A stretch of DNA of 64,000 nt from Leucoraja erinacea (lineage: Eukaryota), in NCBI RefSeq assembly GCF_028641065.1, contig NC_073407.1:19034001-19098000 (forward strand). Direction: 5' to 3'. Within the stretch, counting starts at the first letter, position 1. The number at the start of each line of letters is the position of its first letter. Below are positions 51,508 through 64,000 of this stretch, in pieces. The notes beneath the pieces are model-generated. The model saw nothing but the letters and a program-made list of their open reading frames with translations, had not been told where the DNA came from and searched no databases. Made by a program: the position numbers and the translations under genes.

Positions 51508-54090
51508 TTTTTTTTTATTTTTTTTTAATATTTATTTTATTAGAAGTAAGCACAGTCATATGGCACCAAAGTTAATATATATTTTCATAATAAATTTTAT
51601 TTACAACTTCATTTTTTTTTTACATTAAAAAAAGATTAAAATAAGAAAAAGAAGTTAGATAGTAAAGGATAGAAAGATGTGAAATATATAGTGTGTGAAG
51701 AAAGAAAACGAGTAAATGAAGAAAGTTGAAAATAGTGAAAAGAAAAGGAGATCATTATTTATAGTCTTGACCAACCCCTCCAGTCCTGAAACAGTTATTT
51801 TTTACAATTGTGTTTGCACCATATGATTCCAAAAAAACGACGAATGGAGTCGTTCGCTGGGTCTGATTTATCCATTAGGAGGAATCGCATTTCCTCAAGA
51901 TGAGCGGTGTCCAACATACTTGCAATCCACACAGCGTTGGTATTGATGTACCCTTCCAATATTTAAGTATTAATTTTTTTGCTATTATTAAACCATAATT
52001 AAGGAATAGATTTTGAGACGCGTTCAATTTATTCCATCTTCCATTACACCATCATTCAGTATTAGGTTCCATTTTGTCTTGAATAATTTTGTAAGTATTT
52101 CAAAAATATCATTCCAAATCTATAAAGTTTTAGCAGGAAACTAAGGAGTGTGTTATAGTTGCCTTTTGGGCTAGACATTTATCACAAGTGGCGGATATAT
52201 TTGGATAAAATTTGTTCAATCTTGTTTTTGAATAATATAATCTATGTACAATTTTAAATTGTATTAGATTATGTCTTACATTAATTGAACATTTGTGAAT
52301 ATATATCAGGTATTTTTCCCATTTAACCTTCGTAATTTTTATCATTAATTCCCGTTCCCACTCTTCTCTAAGTACCTCTGTCGATGGTAGGTCTATATTT
52401 AGAATACTATTATATAAATAGGATATTAATTTTTGGATATTAATTTTTGTTACTTTTTGATATCCTTGTATATATTTTTTCACAAAGTCGCAAATCTGAA
52501 GATATTTAAAATATGGGTTGTTTTTCAATTTAAATTTTAATTGTAGTTGTTGGAATGATAGTAGGTTTCCTATTTCGTACATATCCCTGATCCTTCTAAT
52601 TCCGAGACTTTCCCATTGGTTATATGTCTTATCAATAAGAGAGTTTAAATAAAGGGTTATTCGCAATTGGCATTAACAGTGATAGATTTCTTAATTTTAA
52701 AGATAATTTTATTTGTTTCCAAATTCTTATTGTACCATATATAATTGGGTTCTTCTTATATATTGGGGTTATTCAGTGGGGGGGGGGGAAAAGAGGATCG
52801 TTCCTATATTACAAGGATGACAATCCTCCTTCTCCATTTTTATCCTGTTTCATGCAATAAATCTTTTATGCTGAAAGTCCCCCCGACCTCTTTTGGTTTA
52901 CATAATGATTCTATGTGATTATAGTCCCAAATATCTTGTAATAGAGTCCCCATTTTGGTATATATACCGGTATGACTGAAATTAAGTATTTGTGGTAAGA
53001 AGATCTTGCATTTATTCTCTAATGATAAGGGAAGTTTTCCAAATTTAACCGTGTATTAAGCAAGGTATGAAATTAGCTTGAATAATGCTTTATATTTTTA
53101 GTAATCTGAATACCCAAATATTTAAATTTTTCTGTTGCGATTAATTTTTTAAGGGGAACTTCAGTAAGTGTGTAGGTTCTTGAGGTTTTAATGTCATGAT
53201 TTCGCTTTTGTTCCAGTTTATTCTATATCCAGAAAAAGACCCAAATATTAAGTTTAATAAATTTGTATGCTCGTTTGTGACTTTGTAATATATAAAAGTA
53301 TATTTTATAATGAGATTTTATTCTTTGAGTCCCTAGCCCAGAATATTCACCTATACTTTCAGCCCATAAGGGCAAATAGCAGGGGTGATGCACTGCCTAT
53401 TACCCCTTGATAGTTGAAATTTTTTGAGAAACATGTATTAGTTAAAATTCTTTCGGTTTATCCTATAATAACATGTTATAAAATTCTCTCCATGTTAAAT
53501 TTTTGTAGTACTTTATATGTATTGCCACTCTACCTGATCAAAGCTTTCTCTGCATCCAAAGAAATAATTGATATATCTTCTTCCTCTACTTTATGCGAGT
53601 ACTTATATTAAACAGGCGTCTCAGATTATTAAATGAGTCATCTTTTAGGTATAAACCCCGTTTGATCAGGGTTTATCAGTTTACTAATATATTTGCTTAA
53701 TCTACTTGCTAAAATCTTTGCTAAAATTTTCTGATCTGTATTTAAAAGTGATATAGCTCTGTACTATCTTCTAAATCTTTATCGGGAATAAGCCATAGTT
53801 GAAAGTTTGTTTTCTTTAAAAGCATGGGAGTATAAATTAAATAAAACTGAAATTTTTTTATAAAATTCATTATTAAAAACCATCCGTGTCTTACCATTTT
53901 TCAACGATTTTATTGTTTCAATTTCTTTGATTGTAATTGAGCGGCCTAGTTCCTCTTGTTCCAAAGGGTCCAGTATTGGAAGATTACAGTTATCTAGAAA
54001 TTTTTTTATTTACTATCTTCTATTTTAATTTTAGATGTATATAAGTTTTGGTAAAATTGGGCAATCTATTCTAATATCTTTAGGTAGTAG
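51508..54090 (-). mobile_element. Degenerate L1-clade LINE (ORF2 RT and C-terminal CCHC region, poly-A tail)
   Basis: QFKIVHRLY...CDKC...THSLVSC zinc-knuckle region, RT remnants at 53000-53960, and poly-T at 51508-51530. Confidence 0.85.
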
Positions 54091-54099
54091 TGACTGAAA

Positions 54100-55374
54100 G
54101 AGGGACTTAAGAAAGGGCAATCTTGTATACTAGGCTAATATTGCTAAGCATCTTCTCTTTTCCTTTGGGTCCCAAATGGAATATCATCACACGGGAGGGC
54201 TGGTCCCGCACACTTGACCCCCTGAGTTTGTCCAGAATATTAAGCCAGCTTCTCCACCAGATTTTCAAAACATATTGGTGGCCAGTGAGTTAATGATAGC
54301 AGCAGCAACTGGGTGGGAGGGGGGGGGGGCAATCTAGAATATACTAGGGGGACCGGGAGCATGGGAGGGCTGGGCCACCAATTTCAATAATTCAAATTCA
54401 AGTGCAGTTTCATACCATTTCAAGCAGGGTGCAAAGCCACTAAAGACAGCGAGTTGTGACCTCTCCCTCCTCCATCTTGCAGAAACTGAGCCACGCCCAC
54501 ACATCTGGGTTGTATAGTCCCTCCTCCCCTCCCACCAGAAGGGGCATGGCCTTCATGGCATGATTGACAGGAGAGAGAATCTCAACATTTTTAAAACCGT
54601 AATAACTCTTTTATTTTTCATTGATGGGGAAAATCCTCAACACCTGATGAGCGGAGGGGGACTCTGAGTAAGATGGCCAAAAATCACAGCCTTTTTTCTA
54701 AAAACAATATAAAGTGCAAACAAGAAGTGGTCAAAATTAGACTTAATTATATAGAAGGCAGGGCAACTTTAATTAGGCACGGCAACTTTAATTAGGAAAG
54801 GCAACTTTAATTAGGCAAGACAACTTTAATTAGGCAACACAGCTTTAGCATTGCCAAACCAAAGGCAACACAGCTTTAGCATTTCCAAATTATATTTTCA
54901 AACCACATTAAGGGCACTGACAGGTCAGTAAAACCACTCACAGTTTAGTAGACATGTGTTCAGTGTTATTCACAGCTCAGACTGAGAGACGTCACAATGT
55001 GGTGGGTGGACACGATGGCTCGGCGGCCTCCCTCCCTCCCACAGCACGGTGCTCCCTCCTCACCGCCCCTCCCCATCTCCCACACACTTCCCATCGCGGA
55101 CCAAATATGATTTGAAAGTAATAGGGCCAACTCTCAACACCGTGGTAAAGGAATTCAATCCCACTTACAGACCAGCTTCTAAAGTTATTCAAAGTCATTC
55201 TCCAACTTCACATTCATGACAACAGCTCAGAAACCACAGAGACTTCAATGCACACAGTTCTGAAGTTTGCTCCGAGTAAGGGAAGGACCAAAATTGCAAA
55301 GCCATAAAGTTATCCCTTCCACCCCACACCTCCCCCTCTCCCCCAACCCCCCAATGGGTCTGCACTTGGTCTAG
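54100..55374 (+). mobile_element. Possible non-autonomous Helitron-like element with internal minisatellite
   Basis: Ends gggtctgcacttggtCTAG|t after a weak hairpin. Internal tandem (ggcaactttaattagg)x4 at 54760-54835. The 5' boundary is uncertain. Confidence 0.4.
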
Positions 55375-57369
55375 TTTTTATTAAAACTATTGAAGGTGGC
55401 AAAAGCCTGAATGAATGGGTACAGTGAATGCAACAGGGAGAGCAAATGGGAATTTAAAAATAGGCAGAAATCTCTAGTTTATTTGATGAGTTGAATATCA
55501 TAAACATAAGATACCTATGATTTTTTTAGATATTCTCATCTTCTGGAACTGCTGCCATATTTTAAATCTATACCATCTGTTTTTTTTTGTGCATACAGTT
55601 TCCACAGTAGAGCAAAAAAAACAATCAAACTAAGGCTTCTGAATGACAACCTAACAAACAGATGTTTCTAAAGACCTGTTGCTCTGATTTAATCAGATTG
55701 ATTAACCTGGTTTAGATTATAAGATGATTTAGTTGCATCAAACCAATTTTGTAAATAAGATTGTTGCTGGTGAATGTACTCAGACTGATTATACCACGTG
55801 TGACAATGCCAAGAGTACCTCATGCTGTTCATCCACATTTGCTTGTCCAGTGTATTTGACCATTCAGATGTCAATACAGGTGGATTTTAATGTCTTATAT
55901 ATGCCACAGGTTAAAAGAAGAGAGAAATCCTAAAGTGACAAGAGGAAGAGGGACATGTATTGATGCTGCTAGTTTTCAATGCATTTACATGACAAATGAC
56001 TTTCCTCTGCAATCTAAAAACAGGTATGTAGAAAGAATTAGCAATGTTCTGCATGGAGAAGACTTGCATTATGGATAACAACATTAGCTTTTGGTATGGA
56101 ACCATTTGTATGGGTTGTGTGGAAAACAGAGCAGTAAGTTGGTTAGGTTGTGTCTCAAAAGCCCTAGTTTGATTTTTTTTGTACTTTACTTTAGAAACTG
56201 CTTGCTCAAAAATCATAGGGCACACATTTAAAACATTGGGCAAAAAGACCAGAGGAAAGATTAAATTATTTTAAGTGCAGAATATGAAATGGAGCGCCTA
56301 AAAAGGCAATGGAAACATAGGCAGCAGTAACATGTAACATGGAATTAGTTAGGCTGGTAAAGGATTGTTTTACAGAGCTATGGGGGAATGTGATAGTAAT
56401 AATATTTGGAAACTAAGCAACTTTGCTTTGTATTCAAATTCCTCATTGTATCAGAATAAGAGAATGGGACCAGGTTGAGTTACAATGACAAACAGCATTC
56501 TATTCTCTGATGTGATGTATGGCTTTAACTTCAGTAACTTGGGAACCGTGTGGTTTGTTTCTTATGATTCATTACCAACCCCTCTAGAATTTTCTATTTC
56601 AGATCTAGCACACAGCATTATCCTAAAGACCAGTCTTTAATTACTAGAAACTGTTAGACCAGTAATGGAAGTAATTTTTCCATCCTAAACATTACACTGC
56701 AGCTAAGATTGATTTAATTCTATTCTCACACACAGAGGCATTGAGAACAATGAGCTATTTTATTCTTTGTTTTCTTTGGGCATGTTGTTATTTGTTACTA
56801 AATATATTGGAGATGGGAATAAAAGCCTGGTGGAATGAGTGGGGGTCATTGGAACAGGAATGTCAGAATATCAGATTCAGATTCAAACTTTCTTGTCATC
56901 GTGCAGTGTACAGTACAGAGACAACAAAATGCAGTTAGCATCTCCCTAGAAGAGTGACATAGAATATGAGCAATAAATAAATATATTTACATGCATACAG
57001 TCGTCAATAATAGAGTTGTAAATCTTTGTGTTTATTCCGGTTTAATCTGACGATTTTTGTTAATATCCACTAGTGAACACTGTGGAAAATATGAGGTACT
57101 TATGAACTGTTTTACATGCCCTAGATATTAAGGAAGTCAAAGGATATGATGTTAATGCAAGTGAAGGCTCAGTGTCTGCTTGGAATAATAGAGCAGTCAT
57201 GAGGGGGCAAATGGCTTCCTCTTGCTTCTATTATTGAATGGTCTGTTTTATTCTGATAGTGAGATTATGGACATGAAAATCTAGCTGGGTTAAAAGAGTG
57301 AGCAAAAATCTGGCAAATTGAGTATATTGTGGGAAAATGTAAAATTATACATGTTTGCATGAATATTGC

Positions 57370-58970
57370 AGCCTGTTGGTCCACAATATCTGTGCCAATA
57401 ATGATGACCAGTTACACTAATTTCCTCTGCCTGCGTTATGATCCTTATCCCTCCATATCCATGTTCCTATCAAAAAGCCTCTTAAATGCCACTGTCTTAT
57501 CTGCTTACACTACCACCCCTGGCAACATGTTCCCGGCAAAAAATCTCCACATATCTATTTTACATTTTCCCCCTCTGACCTTAAAGCTGTGCCCTCTCTA
57601 CCTTATTTATGTTTGTGATAATTTTGTAAATTATATCAAGTGTCCTCTCAACCTCCAATGCTCCAGAGAAAACAATCCAAGTTTTCCAATCTCTTCTTAT
57701 AGCTAATATCGTCCATTCAGGCAGCATTCTGGTAAACCTCTTCTGCATTCTCACCAAAGCCTCCACATCCTTTCTGTGTGAGAAACAGTGCTGGAGGAAC
57801 TCAAAACATTAGGCAGTATCTGTGGAGGTAATGGACGGACATTGTTTCAGGTTGGGACAATTCTTCAATCTAAAGAAGAGTCTTGAACCGAAATGTGGTC
57901 TATCCATTCCCTCCACGGATGTTGCCTGACCTGCCAAGTTCCTCCAGCGCTTTTTTTTTGCTCATGATTCCAGCATCTGCAGTTTCTTGTGCCTACACCC
58001 TCCCTGTAGTGGGGCGACCAGAACTACACACAATACAAATGCGGTCCAACCAAAGGTTGACAAAGCTGTAAAGTGTGACACCTCACACTTGCTTGGATTA
58101 AACTACATCTGCCATTCATCTACCCATACCTGAAACTGATCTACATCCTGCAGCGTTTATACCCTTGGGTTAGCCGTTCTGAATCAAAACTACCATGTCA
58201 TCATGGATCCCATGCATTTTAATCTTCTGGATCAACCTACCTTGAGGGACTTGGCTAACATACATGTATGTGGACAATATCCGCTGCTCCACCTCATCAA
58301 TCACCGTGTGACACCCACTCAAAAACTCAATCAGGTTAGTAAGTCATGACCTGCCACAGACAAAACCATGCGAGCTGTTCTTAATTATCCCATTCTCTTC
58401 CAAATGTGAGTAAATGTATTGAAACATATTGACTTTAGATGAGAGATTGTAGGGCTCCAGAGTGCTAAGGGGTATAGTGCATGATTTGCACAAAAAAAAT
58501 GCCTGTATGCAGATACAGTAAGTAACCTGGAATGTTAGGGATTACGGATTGTTATTGTTCATTGTTACGGGAAATGAATACAAATGTAGGGCCTTCTGTT
58601 TCAGTTATGTAGAACCATGATGAAACCGTGTCTGCAATACTGATCCTATTCAAAGATATTCCTGTCATGGAATCAGGTCAATAAAGGTTCACTGTACAAA
58701 TACCTTGAATGGACAGGTTAACCTAAAAGGACAGGGTTGGTTACAGGCGGTTTGTATCTGCTTGAATCTAAAAGAGTGAGAGGGGTCTTCACTGAAACAT
58801 AATATCCTGAGGGGTGTTGACAGCTGCATGTAGAACAGCTGTTTTCTTTGGGGGGAGGATCTATAATTAGGGGCTGAGATTACAGCCAGAGCAGACATGA
58901 TTTTATTGAATGGCAGAGCAGTCATGAGGGTCTATTCCTAGTCCTGCTCCTCCTTCATTTGTTCTAGCTC
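57370..58970. mobile_element. Cluster of old CR1 remnants on both strands with an inserted palindromic element (57780-57995)
   Basis: QKRFTRMLP-like remnant on the minus strand; degenerate RT and 3'-end motifs. Confidence 0.6.
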
Positions 58971-60297
58971 CCAGATAGTTCACTTATATTTCCCTCTTGT
59001 TATTCAGCCACTTGATTTAAAGATCATAATGATGAATTAATGATGAATTGGTTCCAATTTGGAGAAATAGCAAGAGTAGTGAGGCTTTGAAAAGATTTCG
59101 AACAAATTACTTAGGACAACATTTTATATCCAATATATTACTTTAAGGGTCGCTGTTGTTAGGCAGGCAGCTAATATACCTGCAGCTCAGTCCCACAAAC
59201 AACTGTAAAGTGGAGACACTTGCTGAATATGCTGGGTTACCAAAAATGATATACATTGGTGGAGTAACTCATCATTCGGGCAGCATCTCTAGAGAACATG
59301 AATAGGTAACGTTTTGTGTTGGGACCCTTCATCAGACTGTAAGGTAATAGTTATCTAAATTCAAAATTTGCCTTCTGCCATTGTCAGATTTTGTGTGTAA
59401 AATGGCTGTCACTTTCCTGAATTTAAACAGGGCGTAGATTTCAAAAAATCAAAATGCAGTGACATCTGGAAATCTGAGATAAAAACAATGGGTCTACACA
59501 CTTGTGGAACAGTCCATGCTAGCTGAATTAGTGTGGTGTGCAAGGAGTGTGAAGGAGGAGATGGTACTGTTTTTGCCGTCAGGCTACCAAGAAGAATATG
59601 TTTTCTTCAGATCCTGTTTAATTTAAGGACTACCTTATTCACATGTTTGGATTCTGTAATCATAAGAGTTGGGAGGTGAGGATAGTTGGGATATGGTGGG
59701 AGGGCTGAGACTAGGGGGTGGTTGAGTGCCAGGGAGATGAGTAGATTTGGGATGGAAGAGGGGGTAGAGAGAATGGAGGATCCTGGATGGGACATCATAT
59801 ATCATAATCACAATCCTCGGAAGCGAACTTCAGTTATGTGGAAAGAGTACAGTGCCAAGTTTCTTTAAAGCAACTTGAATGGTTGCTCTACTGTTGTGAG
59901 TGTTGTCAGCCTCAAGGTCCAACTCCCAGGCAACTAGAATCAAACAGTGAAGGTCAAGGGGCCACTTATTAGAAGTATTCAGAATCCTGAAGACTTTTGT
60001 CAGCGTGTGGAAAACAAAAATGTTTCTATGGGGAAGAGTATCAATATCCAGTGGACACGGAGTGAAAATAGTTAGCGATAGGACAAAATGGAGATGTGAA
60101 TGTTTTAATGTACAAAGTTGTTGTGATGTGAAATGAATCATCTCAAGGGCTGAGGAATCAAATTCTATGGTAACGTTCAAAAGAACTGGATATATATCAG
60201 GAGCGGAAAAAATTTGTAAGGTTTATAAAGGAAGAGTGTGAAGGTTTGTCCTTTAATTACCGACTGTGTGCTTTGATGTGGTATGATTATATAAGTA

Positions 60298-60520
60298 ACA
60301 TAGAAACGCAGAAAATAGGTGCAGGAGTAGGCCATTCGGCCCTTCGAGCCTGTACCGCCATTCAATATGATCATGGCTGATCATCCAACTCGGTATCCCA
60401 TCCCTGCCTTCTCTCCATACCCCCTGATCCCTTTAGCCACAAGGGCCACATCTAACTCCCTCTTAATTATAGCCAATGAACTGGCCTCAACTACCTTCTG
60501 TGGCAGAGAGTTCCAGAGAA
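60298..60520 (-). mobile_element. CR1 3' fragment (same subfamily as 6830-9981), antisense
   Basis: Reverse complement of about 9765-9981. Confidence 0.88.
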
Positions 60521-62612
60521 TTCATAAGGACACTATTGAGGGAATTCTGATGTTGTGTGAAGTGGGATGTAAATGTTCTTTGCATTGGACACTGGCCTCT
60601 GCCTCCCAGTCACAGCTGGAGATGGAAATGCGGAACTGGAGTAAGGATTTCCAGGCTTGGCTGTAACAAGCACATCTGTCACGTTGACACTCGTTGTTGT
60701 GATGTAGGGGTATTTTTCTGCTCGATGTTTTGTTGGAAGACACCTGCAGCACTGAAAGAAATGGGTGCATGAAGTTACCAGGCAACACCATTGTTTATTG
60801 CCGAGCGAGTGCATGATTATAAGGTGTAGTGAGAACGCAGGAATCAGCTGCAATGCTGTCAATATTCACGCTGCTGACTGGAGCTTTTTATTCTGGCACA
60901 GTCTGAAAACCCTGCCCTGCACCATTCCATTCATGCATGACGCAAAATCTTATCTTTTAATTTTTTTTAATGTACATGGTCAGAAAAACAGGGGTTTTTA
61001 AAAAATCAATAAAAGGGATAAATATTTTTTAAAGATCTAGTTTCGGAGGCTGCAAATGAGCAAACGTTCAGCAGCCTGAAATCTGGCCACCCCTGCTAGA
61101 ATTTAAATAAAGGTTCAGCCCACGAGCTCTTGATCCAGCAGCTAATAGTGATGGATTTTTGTGTCTGCAAGTTTGAGTGGTACAGGCATAGCCTGGAATG
61201 AACAGTTATCTTGTACTCGGAGAAACTGCACTGAAGACCTTACGGTCTGACGAGCTCCAGGCTCAAGAGAGATTAACTAGCAAGGAAGATGCCAGAAAGG
61301 AGAGTCATTATCAACTCAGCCCAGCCCTTGGGAGCTTAGAGAAATAACCGTGTTAATCAGATCAGATCAAGACCGACTCCCGTCAACATCTTGCACTATG
61401 GCCGAAGAGGTAAGCAAAATTAATTGAAAACTGTCAAATCTCTGAATATCTTGAAAATATTATAGAATTTTTAATTATTTACTATTGAATAAACATAATA
61501 AGAATACATTTGGTTTGGTAGCCAAACTTACACTTTTCATTTATAACATTTAAGTGTGGCAGGAGTCTGTTACTTGAAGATGCAAGGAAATCAATTCACA
61601 GATTTTTGCACAAATATTCCAATCCTGCTTTGCAGAGCAATGCGTTTACTTCACTGCAGATGTTGTTTGATTTGTGTGTAAAATAATCTCATTTTGAAAG
61701 CTTCCAGAACTTCAAGTTAGAACTACAAAATAACGCGGTGAACAATACATTTGGGCAATGTTTCAAAAGTAACTCCTAACTGGGCACATTGACAGCTGTG
61801 TGGAAGCACAGAGGTTAGGTTACGGGGCGAGCAGTAGAATCCTGGACTAATAATCCAGGGGAATGAGGTTAATCTAATCATGATACTGAGGATTTTAAAT
61901 TCAAGTAATTAAATAAATCAAGAATCAAAGTTAGTTTCAGTAACCAAAACCTTGAAAATACCAGACTGTCTTAAAACCCATCTAGTTCGCTCAGGAGTTG
62001 AAATGTGCCAACCTTACTCAGATTGGCCAATGTTTCAAGACCCGCCAACCTGGTTGATGTCTGAAGAAGGGTCCTGACCAGGAGCATCGTCTGAATATTC
62101 CCTCCATGGATGCTGGCTGACCTGCTGAGTTCCTCCAGCACTTTGTCTTTTGGTTGATGCCTGATTGCATCCTGTGTTTGGGGCAGCTAGGGATGGATAA
62201 TAAACGCTGAGGTTTCCAGCGGTATCCACATTCTGTGAATAATCATTTTTAAAAAGGGAGAAGGAAGAAAAATGAAATTGGGAATTGCGATTAGTTCTAT
62301 CAATTAAAAATCATTATTACGGCATAGGCTGTTACTTTTGATGTTATATAAAGTTTAACGGATAGGTGTATAATTACATAATATCAGAAATTCACCATTT
62401 AGTCCAATTGACTACACCCAGTGTTTTGGATCAGTTTGCTCTCTCCCAATTCATTTCTAATTTAACAGCAAGTCCCATTTATTTATTTCTCCTTCGTGTG
62501 GTTATCAAGCTTTTAGTTAAATGTCTAAGTGCTAATGGTTTCTCTCCTACAGCTTTTTGTGGGGCAAGTTTCAAATCCTTGCCAGCCTCCAAGTGAACTT
62601 CCTTCTGAATTA

Positions 62613-62747
62613 ACTCAGCGGGTGCAGCAGCACCTATGGAGCGAAGGAAATAGGTCCTTCGCTCCATAGATGCTGCTGCACCCGCTGAGTTTCTCCAGCA
62701 TTTTTGTGTACCTTCGATTTTCCAGCATCTGCAGTTCCTTCTTGAAC
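62613..62747. mobile_element. Palindromic element copy lacking the hammerhead core
   Basis: Arms match 25371-25564; 16-bp TSD acttccttctgaatta at 62597-62612 and 62748-62763. Confidence 0.78.
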
Positions 62748-63415
62748 ACTTCCTTCTGAATTATCCAGGTTCTGTAAGAAGAAAGAAGCAGCTCAATGGG
62801 CTGGAAGACCTTTCTCTGTTCCCATGTTGTGCCTTTCTTGTTGCATTTTCCCTCATCTACAATCAATCACAAGCAGTGTATTTATGATCAGTTTCACTTA
62901 CTATTAATTACTGAGCCTAAGTAATGCACAAATAGAGGTTCCATTGGCCTATCTGTCTATCATCCCATCTGGCTATGATAACATTGCTTTTAGGAAGGCA
63001 TTACTGGATTTTGGCTCCGTTTGCGTATAGAGGAGACCTATCTAGTTGTTGCTAGATTATATATTGAAATGCTTCCTGATACCAGCAATGACCTCGGCAA
63101 TGGCAAGTTTGTATCTGTGCTGTAAAATTGTCACTTATTCTGAAATTTTACGGAATTAACCTCTGTCATTCCATTTAATAGTTAACATTCTCATCATTTC
63201 AAAACTAAAATGAATTTTTAGGCCGCGATTTTACCCGATAGAAGAAGAAAAATTGGATCTTAAATCAACCAGCAATGATTGAATGGAATAAGCCTTGTAT
63301 CACTCCTGTTAATATGTTCCTTCAGAAAGCTCTTTCTCATTTACTTCCTTTCAATGAAATGAAGAATCTGAATTTTCCAAAACCCTTTCCTCACAACAAT
63401 TCTCTGACACCAGAG

Positions 63416-63761
63416 TTACAGAGTTGACGTGGAAAAGCTTTTCCCACTGAGAGTAGGGAAGATTCAAACAAGGGGACATGACATGAGAATTAAGGGACTG
63501 AAGTTTAGGGGTAACATGAGGGGGAACTTCTTTATTCAGAGAGTGGTGGCTGTGTGGAATGAGCTTCCAGTGAAGGTGGTGGAGGCAGGTTCGTTTTTAT
63601 CATTTAAAAATAAATTGAATAGTTATATGGATGGGAAGGGAATGGAGGGTTATGGTCTGAGTGCAGGTATATGGGACTAGGGGAGATTATGTGTTCGGCA
63701 CGGACTAGAAGGGTCGAGATGGCCTGTTTCCGTGCTGTAATTGTTATATGGTTATATGGTT
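63416..63761 (+). mobile_element. CR1 3' fragment, same subfamily as 47865-49656
   Basis: Highly similar to 49310-49656; TSD acaccagag at 63407-63415 and 63762-63770. Confidence 0.9.
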
Positions 63762-64000
63762 ACACCAGAGAGGACTTTCTCTGGATTGCTTCCCTTTACG
63801 TGGTTCCCTCCACTAGGCATAAAAACCAGCACTGGATGGCAGACCCAGGCACCGTGTTGTGTGATCATGAAAGTACCCGGTTTATTCAATGCTGATTTGG
63901 CAACTTTCTGAATAGATATACTTTTTGGCTGCGTAATATTTTTATTTGAGCAAATTAAATTTCAAATGTGGTTCAAGTCAAGTCACTTTTATTGTAGATA

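Noticed and set aside
54760-54890. Short spaced repeats superficially like a CRISPR array
   Set aside because: Tandem units without unique spacers, no cas genes, and a vertebrate context.

Overview
Eukaryotic vertebrate genomic DNA, most likely from a cartilaginous fish such as a skate or ray (inferred from HE1-type V-SINEs and the CR1/Penelope repeat landscape). It holds the last five coding exons of FAM102A/EEIG1 (+), a complete 4-exon DPM2 gene (+, 84 aa) with a CpG-island promoter, and between them a spliced 3-coding-exon gene (-, 264 aa) for an uncharacterised type I membrane protein of the CD-M6PR/ATG27 (MRH-domain) type. The rest is dense in repeats: CR1, L1, Rex1-type LINE remnants, a Tc1 transposon, HE1 SINEs and a probable Helitron-like element. 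Two ribozyme-bearing short retroposons stand out. One is a ~135-nt TSD-flanked insert in DPM2 intron 2 whose 5' end is a perfectly paired 54-nt minimal HDV/CPEB3-like ribozyme fold. The other is an abundant palindromic Penelope-related family carrying minimal hammerhead ribozyme cores. All calls come from reading the sequence by eye; no searches or folding programs were run.
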